Source: Octopus sinensis | Taxonomy: Eukaryota | Assembly (NCBI RefSeq): GCF_006345805.1 | Contig: NW_021831833.1 | Location: 15,943-79,942, forward strand | DNA length: 64,000 nucleotides | Direction of reading: 5' to 3' | In this document: positions 54,692-64,000 of the stretch, piece after piece | How the letters are laid out: each line of letters begins with the position of its first letter | Position numbering within the stretch: position 1 is the stretch's first letter | Program-made: the position numbers and the translations under genes | The notes under the pieces: model-generated | Database searches by the model: none | What the model saw: only the letters and a program-made list of their open reading frames with translations | What the model was told of the DNA's origin: nothing

Positions 54692-55446
54692 TGTATGTAT
54701 GTATGTATGTATGTATGTGTGTGCATGTATGTATGTGTGCATGTATGTACGTATCTGAGTCAATGAATGTGTGTATTTGTATTGTAAGAGAATGCGGTAA
54801 CCATTGTGTAAGGATGTTTGGTGTAGTTACTTGAAAATCTAATTACGTTTGTATCCATGTGTGTTTGCGAATGTATATGTGTATGTACAGATACACACAC
54901 AGGCGCACACACACTCACACACAAACACACGCGCGCACACATCCACGCGCGCGTGCACGCACGTACTTATAGTGGTTTGTGTGCGCGGATTTAAAAATGA
55001 ATGTGTATTCACGTGTCAGTCTGTGCATGTGCGTGTGTGGGTATGTATGTATATGTATAAATATACGTATACATATACATCTTGATCAGTCTATGAAGGA
55101 TTATGTATCATATATATATATATACATGTATGTATGTATTTATGTATATGTGGGTGTATGCAATTATGTTTGTATGTATATATACATATGTGTATATGTG
55201 CGTATGTGAATTGAAGTAAAAGCTAAGCAAATTCGAGGATAGGCAGATGTGATGGAAATAAGATTAAGATAAACATTGCACAAAATTTCGTTCGTATGCA
55301 TATTTATACACACCTATATCTATTAACACATAGATATATGCATCCATATAATTATAACTACGTACATACACACGTATATGCACAAATATTATATATATAT
55401 ATATATATGCATATACACATGTTCAAATATAAATACATATATGTAT

Positions 55447-55499
<53 letters not shown>

Positions 55500-55919
55500 A
55501 GATATATATATATATATATACATAAATGCATACATACATAATACATACAGACACACACGTATGTATATACGCATAATTTTTTTTTTTTTTGCGTAAGCGT
55601 TCGTCCGCGCCTGTGTGTTATAACCAGCGCAGAAAGAAGTTATAATTTATCAATCTGCTATCGCTGCAACTATTCCTGACCAAATATAATTTCCCTTTCG
55701 TTGCAAATATGTTTGAGAAAGGCATCGACGCTGCACAGTCCTTCTTCGATTGCTGCAATTATTTTATGTTAATTTGCAGAAGGAAATTTTTATCAAAATT
55801 TATTCTGTATTGGTACACATACGCTTCTATGAGCTTGTATTGCTTGTACGTGAGTGTAATGTGTCCGTGTATATTTGTACAACGGAAGTGACCTCGTTCA
55901 CTTTCTAGTATGCTCTGAC

Positions 55920-56410
55920 TCCAAAAATTTTTTCTGATTTTAATTAGATGGTGCCGTCAGATGATAAAAGTGGTGTCGGCACATGAAATAAGATGCTAAA
56001 ATATGGAGGATGTAAGTCAGCTAATGCGCCACGGAGATAGCAGTTTATTGTATCAACTTGCTCAACACTTCTACGTGGCTGCTCTTGTGTGGTGAAACTT
56101 GAACTAAGAAGAGAAACAGGAAAGGTTTCATCATGAAACGTGGCATTGAGAAAACTGAAAGTTATTTCTGAAGAAGAATTCCTCAGCGAATTTAGTCGCG
56201 ACAGAGTTTGGAGTGCTGGTTGCATGGATAAAAGAAGAAAACTTGCTAAAATATGGATAAAAAGACATTCGCTGGTAAAACCATCCATGTTCAGTATCAC
56301 AAGGAATGAGACGCTGTTGGAAGGAACCGAAACCGTTGTCGCAGATCTGCAGTGAAGGGAGGGAGTTAGGTGAATGGAATGTCTCCCAAAGCAAGTTATA
56401 TGTGAAAAAA
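55920..56410 (-). mobile_element. Probable LINE relic, clade uncertain
   Basis: Non-repetitive, coding-like composition with fragmentary frames (SKFSSFIHATSTPNSVATKFAEEF); no catalytic motif seen. Confidence 0.25.
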
Positions 56411-56432
56411 TGTCTATCTATCTATCTGTCTG

Positions 56433-56472
<40 letters not shown>

Positions 56473-56490
56473 GTGGCTAATAAAGAAACA
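56473..56490 (+). mobile_element. 18-bp extreme 3' end of the Tx1-like element inside (TATC)n
   Basis: GTGGCTAATAAAGAAACA identical to the termini at about 58174-58191 and 58562-58579. Confidence 0.7.
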
Positions 56491-56560
<70 letters not shown>

Positions 56561-56602
56561 CACACACACACATATATATATATCTATATCTATATCTATA
56601 TA

Positions 56603-56851
56603 TCTTGAGCAAGACACTTTATTTCACGTTGCTCCAGTTAACTCAGCTGTAGAAATGAGTTGCGACGTCACAGGTGCCAAGCTGTATCGACCTTTGTCTT
56701 TCCCTTGGATAACACTGGTGGCGTGGAGGGGGAGTCCGGTATGCATGGGCGACTACTGGTCTTCCATAAAACAACCTTGCCCAGACTTGTGCCTCAGAGG
56801 GTAACTCTCTAGGTGCAAACCCATGGTCACTCATGACCGAAGGGGGTCTTT
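56603..56851 (+). mobile_element. SINE family C, 5'-truncated
   Basis: Colinear with 32138-32366. Confidence 0.85.
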
Positions 56852-56856
56852 ATATC

Positions 56857-56890
<34 letters not shown>

Positions 56891-56891
56891 C

Positions 56892-56977
<86 letters not shown>

Positions 56978-56995
56978 CTATCTATTCTATCTATA

Positions 56996-57033
<38 letters not shown>

Positions 57034-58191
57034 CCGAACTGCAGTCGTGGATCAAAAAGAGGCCGAGGAAGGGCGAATGGCACCGCGAGTGTCGCGTTGC
57101 TCTCAAGCAACTCTGCCGTCCTGGGTCGACCTTAAGTGACTTCAACAAAACCAAAGCATTCTATAGGGGTTTAGTGGAGGGGAGGTACGACGACGAGCTC
57201 GGGGCGAACCTGGACGTCGACGAGGAGTACCTGACCCGCCTGTTCGGGACGACTTTCGGGCCAGGGCCCTGGACAACTTCCAGAGATCCCTGGCTGGCAG
57301 TGCTACCGAGAAGCGCTACCCGTTCGGGATAAGCTCTACAGACACGGCTCGAGAAACACGGGGCCGACCTGCCCGAGATGCGGTCAGAGCGACGAAACCG
57401 TTCTGCACGCACTCGTTCAGTGTCCAACAATTTCCGATCTGTGGGCTTATGTCGAACAACTGCTGTCACGTGTGGGACGAGTCGGTTTATCAGCTGAGTC
57501 TATCGTCAATATTGTCACGCCTCCTTCCTTCAAACGGGAAGGAAGAGCTATTTTCATCATCCTTGTGGCTATGGCGAAAGAATGTATCTGGTGGACGCGT
57601 CTGAAAGGATTGGAGACAAACACTTTCCTCTCTGGTCAATCTCTCATCAACTTCTTCAAGTACCACTTGAAAAGGAAAGTGAGAGTAGAGAGGCAAGTTT
57701 TGTCTAGCGAATGTTTTAAAAAGATGGGTGAATGTAGCAAGAATGGCACGTATGAATGACGAAGCCACCTGAGCATAGTCCTATGAACCCAGAAATCGAA
57801 AACAGAGAGTTGCTTATTTGCAAAAAAAAAAAAAAAAAAAAAAAAAAAGAAATATAAAATGTGACTTCATTGACCGAGGTTACCGTGGTCTTTTCCGCAG
57901 GCTTTTCTTTCCACGGGTAAACCTCACCTGTCCTCCCCTTTACACTTCATATTGACATTTCTGTGATAACGATCCCTATTGATCATTTTTTTTTCCTCTC
58001 CCCCCCCCTTTTTTTTTTTTTTTTTTTTTTAACCCCCCTTATTTTTGTCCTCTTTCTCTCCTTTTACGATCCCTTTTGATCGAACCTCCCCTTCCTTTTT
58101 TTTTTTTTTTTTTTTAATACCTTCAAAAGAAAAGCTCTACCTTGTAATTTGTTCTATCTGTGTGCAGCCCTGTGTGGCTAATAAAGAAACA
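57034..58191 (+). mobile_element. 5'-truncated Tx1/L1-clade LINE 3' end (C-terminal zinc-finger region plus 3' UTR)
   Basis: Frameshifted CPRCGQSDETVLHALVQCP (C-x2-C-x8-H-x4-C) then MAKECIWWTR; 3' UTR ends AATAAAGAAACA; (TATC)n on both sides. Confidence 0.8.
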
Positions 58192-58210
58192 TATCTATCT
58201 ATCTATCTAA

Positions 58211-58257
<47 letters not shown>

Positions 58258-58258
58258 A

Positions 58259-58293
<35 letters not shown>

Positions 58294-58334
58294 ACTATCT
58301 ATCTATCTAACTATCTATCTATCTATCTATCTAA

Positions 58335-58404
<70 letters not shown>

Positions 58405-58579
58405 CTTTTACGATCCCTTTTGATCGACCCCCCCTTTTTTTATTTTATTTTTATTTTATTTTATTTTTTTCTTATTTTTTATTTTTTTTATTTTTATTTT
58501 TTTTAAACATTCAAAAGAAAAGCTCTACCTTGTAATTTGTTCTATCTGTGTGCAGCCCTGTGTGGCTAATAAAGAAACA
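58405..58579 (+). mobile_element. Shorter copy of the same Tx1-like 3' UTR in (TATC)n
   Basis: Matches 58062-58191 apart from the T-rich tract. Confidence 0.85.
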
Positions 58580-58619
58580 TATCTATCTCTCTATCTATCT
58601 ATATATCTATCTATCTATC

Positions 58620-58694
<75 letters not shown>

Positions 58695-60439
58695 TTGTAT
58701 GTCTGTCTGTCTATCTATGTATGTGTGTTGCTGAAATGCACTACACAAATAAATCTATAGTTGTTCAACCAACACTGTTTATTAAAGACTGATTTAAGTA
58801 AGGTGTCTTTAGCCTTTTAGACTGAAAAAGAGGAATCAACTGGACTAGTCTCTAACCTGTGCTGGGGTTTCATCAGCAACGAGTATACACCTAAATTTGC
58901 CCAAGGAGTAACAGTTAATCAAATGCATGTTGCTACTGATTTAATTACCAAGAATCGAACGGTTTTTATTGCTACTGATGAATTAATTAAGTTGTTTCAA
59001 GACATTTATAATCAAGTGTATATTTATTCTGCTTTAAATCTATATTCGTATATTTTGATAAAATATTGTAAAAAATTCTATATTAATTTCTGTCCTGGGT
59101 TTTTTAATTATTTTGGATTTTATGAACCCACAAAATTATTTTATATTTATTTTCTACATCTTCTGTAGAAATTTGCTCCATTGCCTGTCATGTTAACAGA
59201 TGTGGATACCAGATTCACGAGCAGCCTTCGACTTTTTCTATCCAAGCACATCTTCAGTTCACACATAGCATACACAGATATGTGTATATATAGAAAGAAA
59301 GAAAAGTGGGTGAAGAGAGTTATAAGAAGGAACACAAATACACGCGCACACGTATGTATTTTCGTACGTAAAGTACACATAATTACATTCATCGATCTTG
59401 ATGATTGGAGCAACAAACCTTTCAGTTGGTTACACTCGTCACCCGATATATAAGATATGTAAGATAGTGCTTTTAAGGGGAGGGGATTAGTTGATATCAG
59501 TGATTTCACTATTTAATTGGTATCTTATTATATTCTAGAGGGATAGACCTCTAAATTGTCCTCGCTAGTACTACACTCGGAACAATAAGAACCAGAATTA
59601 CTGCAATCCATTTTTTCGACGTTGTGACGATTCTGCTAGCTTGCAAACTTAAAAGCATAAGAAAAAAGTATGCATTGCATTATATTATATTATATTATAT
59701 TATATATATTATATTTATTATATTATAATATGTTATGTTATATTAGCTGAGTTCCAGCCTTTGCTCGGCCTTTGTCCCGGTCTGTACTATATTCAAATGT
59801 ATTCATAACGCATCTATGACAATACCCATGAGTTAGATCGTACATAAAGGCTGCTAGTCGCTACTCTTCACGAGTGAAATGCCTAAATTCCAACCTGACT
59901 TGTCGTTGCTCTGATGTTTCCTGTACCCTGGAGCGGGCATTTCTGGCTGCGTTACTTTGAAGTTCTTCTCTTAACGCCTGTTCTCTTAAGCGGGTTTCTA
60001 TAGGCATGAAATTCCAACCGCCGTCGTTTCTGCTCTATTGGTGTGCTTGTCTATTGGTTTCAGACTCCAGTCTCCGTTGCTTCTAATTTGTGTCTTTTGT
60101 TCCTGAAGTTTTACTTCCCGTTGCTCTCGTTTGTCCTGCCCTTCTCCTTGTTTCCCCAGTCTTTCGAACTCAGGGGTGTCGGGCTTCAGATGAATGCAGA
60201 GTATTATGTTATCTTCTACGCATAATATTGATTGTTCTAAGGTAACATATATAAGTCTATATATGTGTGTGTGTTTGCGTATGTATATATAAATATATAT
60301 ATATATATATATACACATAAATACGTGTACACACACAGACGTAGACACACACGCACACAAACAACAACACATACACACACATACACACATACATATATAA
60401 ATAAATATATGTATGTTTGTATGTGTAGTTACTTCAAAT

Positions 60440-60545
60440 AATCGAATAAGATTAACGGGCAACAAGAGGACGTGCACAAAAAAAGTATTAGCTTGACACA
60501 CGGTGAAAACAGAGTGACGTTTCGGGCATAGCTTTCCATTGGCTT
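60440..60545 (-). mobile_element. Degenerate PLE-like terminus with hammerhead half-motif
   Basis: Minus strand GCTATGCC-CGAAACGTC-ACTCT; the CUGANGA part has decayed. Confidence 0.35.
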
Positions 60546-60733
60546 ATTTAAATTGACTCTTTCCAGCACGCTCACTCGGACTGTCCACGTCCTTCTGATT
60601 GATTTGGAGTACCTGATTCAGGGATTTCTTACTCTAGCCTTGGGTTACATTACCTTAAAATTCCTTCGGAGTACGTCATTTTCTGCAACTTTGATACACA
60701 CACACACCACACGTATATATATATATTATATAT

Positions 60734-60767
<34 letters not shown>

Positions 60768-61143
60768 CACTTGCGTCAGAAATTAATTAGCACTTCTCAA
60801 ATTTCTACATTAAATAGGTTAAATCAATTAACCTATGAGCTGTTCAAACGTCTTACGCGATGAGAAAATTAGTATGGTGTGATTTCGGTCCTTGCGAGGC
60901 GCTACCTATATCTATTAAACAAAGGAAGATTTGTCTGCATCCGCACTCAGTTGTTGTTGCACTGCTATGTCAACATCATAAGGCTGTAGACTCTCAAACT
61001 GCTCTGGCAAACAAATTACGTCATCGTTCTGCGCAACAGTGAACTCGCAACAAAGCAATAGTTCGAGATATGGCCACTAGGTGACAGCACATACCTTGAG
61101 TGAAGAGCAAATCAAGGGTGCTAATTAATTTCTGACGGTAGTG
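60768..61143. mobile_element. Non-autonomous Tc1/mariner-type element (MITE-like), 376 bp
   Basis: 26-bp TIRs CACT(TG/AC)CGTCAGAAATTAATTAGCAC, 24/26 match, TA on both sides. Confidence 0.88.
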
Positions 61144-61219
61144 TATATACATACACACACATCTGTGTGTGTACACGGTTAAATAAAAAGACAAGAAGCA
61201 GAAAATATGACGTACCTGC

Positions 61220-61264
<45 letters not shown>

Positions 61265-61274
61265 TGTATGTATG

Positions 61275-62135
61275 TATAATTAAAAATCGTGTAGTAAATA
61301 AACATACGAATATCAACAGACGAACGGAAAACAGAAAGTCACCAACTATTCTTGAGTTGTCGGCCAGAGGGTCAAGCGCAATTTCGGCCATTATCGATAA
61401 TATTACTTCCACTGTGGAGGCACCGGCAAGAAACTTGCCGGGAATAGGGCCAAAACATAAGAAAACGAAACGAGCTCGAAATGAGACCGTTAGTGGACGG
61501 ACAAGGGAGAAAAACTATAAACAGAATAAAGGCCTAGGGCCACACGAAGACAAGCATTAAAATGATAATAAAAGATATATAGTCGCAGGAGTGGCTGTGT
61601 GGTAAGTAGCTTGCTTACCAACCACATGGTTCCGAGTTCGTCCCTCTGCGTGGCACCTTGGGCAAGTATCTTCTACTATAGCCGCGGGCCAACCAAAACC
61701 TTGTGAGTGGATTTGGTAGACGGAAACTGAAAGAAACCCTGTATCACAAACATCGCTTGACAACCGATGCTGGTGTGTTTACGTCCCCGTAACTTACCAG
61801 TTCGGCAAAAGAGACCGATAGAATAATTACTAGGTTTACAAAGTATAAGTCCTGTGTTGATTTGTTCGGCTAAATGCGGTTCTCCAGCATGGCCACAGTC
61901 AAATTACTGAAACAAATAAGAGAATAAAAGAATATACAGCGAAAAAGCCGTAGGACTGCCAGACAAGGCAAAACTAGGTCAGGCGAGGGAGAAATGAAAA
62001 GCTGTCCTTAAAGACTATAAACGCGGGAGGGTGAGGAGCTCAGAAAATCGTGACCAGTCCGGTCGAAGGCAACGCGAAAAAGGATGACACCGCCTTAGGC
62101 CTTCACGGATCACGTGATAGTGGGAGGAGTGTAAC
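61275..62135 (-). mobile_element. Longer element ending in a decayed permuted hammerhead-like motif (61342-61417), interrupted by a SINE
   Basis: Minus strand GTAA-TA|TTATCGA|TAATGGCC-GAAA-TTGC|..|CCGACAA-CTCAAGA-ATAGTTG; continuity across the SINE is inferred. Confidence 0.45.
61581..61932 (+). mobile_element. SINE family B lacking the internal microsatellite
   Basis: Colinear with the 44098 head and the 44900-45060 tail. Confidence 0.9.
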
Positions 62136-62145
62136 AGAGAAAGGC

Positions 62146-62190
<45 letters not shown>

Positions 62191-62599
62191 AAAGAAGTAA
62201 GAGAAGCAAAGTAAAGGAAAGAGACAGAGTGGCACAAAAATATTCCATACTTATTAAATGGGGATATAATCATTAAAAGGATTATATCAGTGGCTACCGT
62301 ATAAAAATGACCATATCGGTAAAATTAGTTTTTAAGTATATAATTATAAAAACATAATTATAATTAAGGGCGCTCGAATGCCAGAAGTAGGTGTCAAATA
62401 CCTACAATCCATTCGAAATTTGTTCTCTATTTATAACCCCATGTCGAGTGTGAGGTAATGAGCAAGAAGATTTACAAAATTTCGGATAATCCAATATCTT
62501 AAGATTTCATGATCTGTAATAAAGATTACTTTGCACTCCTCAGTAGAGATACACTGACAAATATAGAAGCGAAAAATACATATACATACCGATAAATAT

Positions 62600-63308
62600 G
62601 GGAGATAAATATGGGAGACAATGATGCAATTTACTCTGCTAGAAATTCGAAAACGGCATGCTCTCCTGCATGGCATTCGCGCCGGAAGCTCCAATTTCAG
62701 AGTGTTTTGGGTGTCAATCCGAGGACACGTACCGAAAGTGATAAAAATCAAGCATCCAGTCAACATCATAGTGTTGGAAGGGATCACTAGTGATGGCGAC
62801 GTTATGCCTCCATTCATCTTCCCACACGGCTTCAGACTCAACACGGAGGCCTGCATCAAGTGTCTGAAGGAGGTGAAAGGGGTGGCTGCTGGAACACCCT
62901 ATGTCTGGCAACAGGACTCTGTATCATGCTACACATGCAGGAAAACCCAGTCCTGGCTGATAGACAACTTTTGCGACCATATCGCTCCTACTATCTGGCC
63001 CCCTAACTCCCCAGACTGCAACCCTCTTGATTGCTATGTGTGGGGTGCAATTAAGCGAGAAACCAAAATGATTCCTTTTAACACCGAAGATGAACTGAAG
63101 GCAAGGATTACGGCAGCATTCACCAACTTAAACAAGTCGTCTGGAGGCTGTGGTTGAAGCCAATGGCGATTTTATTGAATAAATTTATTATTTAGCATTT
63201 CAAAATATTTTAATGCAATTTGGGTAAATATATCCGTTAATATGAGAAGTCAGGGTTATTTTCACTTTTGCGTTATTTAGACGACAGTTTATTCACAGCA
63301 CCTCGTAT
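62600..63308 (+). mobile_element. Internally deleted maT (DD37D) transposon
   Basis: ORF 62621-63157 QQDSV...WPPNSPDCNPLD has 37 residues between the last two catalytic Asp; terminus ..CACAGCACCTCG-TA. Confidence 0.88.
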
Positions 63309-63377
63309 ATTATATTATATTATATTATATTATATTATATTATATTGTATTATATTATATTATGTTATATTATGACC

Positions 63378-63560
63378 TAGTGCTTTCGGTGTAGCAATCA
63401 CGATCGCGAGATAATGGTTTCAATTCTTGGACCAGGTGGTCGGTTGTGTTCCTGAACAAAATACTTCATCTCTAGGTGCTCTGTAATCATTTCGACACCT
63501 GACGGGTTGTACACGATGCACCTGTCATCCATGTTTCCTGTCACATTCAACTGTCTAAAA
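63378..63560 (+). mobile_element. Degenerate tRNA-derived SINE head
   Basis: GGTTTCAATTCTTGGACC..TTGTGTTCCTGAACAAAATACTT resembles family C/D heads. Confidence 0.5.
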
Positions 63561-63883
63561 AGCATAAGTAAGAAAGTCATATTAGATATAATAATAGTCC
63601 AAGATATACTATGCCAGGAGAAGTAAACTGAAAGGCTCACAGGTATAATGCTCGATCTGGGCTGACCTGTGTCTAAACAACAGCAATAAAGTAGACTTGC
63701 AAAACATCCTGAACCAGAGTGAGCATGTATGTGAGGTATACATATACACAGCTATCCATCCATCCATCCATCGATACATACATGCTAACATACATACATA
63801 CATACATACATACATGCATACATACATATATATATATACATACACACACACACACACACTAACACACACACACACACACACAT

Positions 63884-63918
<35 letters not shown>

Positions 63919-64000
63919 GATAGATATACATACATATATGCATGCATACGTACGTATGTATCCATGTATATATTTATGCTTGTCTAAAAGAATGAAGAAG

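Overview
Gene-free, AT-rich eukaryotic DNA, probably intronic or intergenic. The SINE, LINE and microsatellite make-up looks like an octopus or other coleoid cephalopod genome (inference from recalled repeat families, not searched). No host protein-coding exon could be supported; nearly all listed ORFs are translated microsatellites or transposon relics. Contents: R4/Dong-like restriction-like-endonuclease (RLE) LINE relics in (TAA)n, a decayed near-full-length CR1-type LINE, a young RTE with a twin-priming-type 5' inversion, Tx1/L1-like 3' ends in (TATC)n, Tc1 and maT (DD37D) relics, a Tc1-type MITE, Helitron-type ends, about 20 SINE copies and several Penelope-like (PLE) termini, many folded back as inverted repeats. 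The most striking signal is RNA-level. Besides canonical minimal type I hammerhead motifs at PLE-like ends (best at 31807-31890 and the inverted pair at 44356-44582), six short elements, mostly next to (TA)n or (TG)n, carry a hammerhead-like motif whose three strands occur in a non-circularly permuted order: NUH-stem I, then stem II'-GAAA-stem III, then stem I'-CUGANGA-stem II. Stems I and III differ in sequence between copies but stay complementary, and an extra helix is present in four copies. Catalytic activity is untested.
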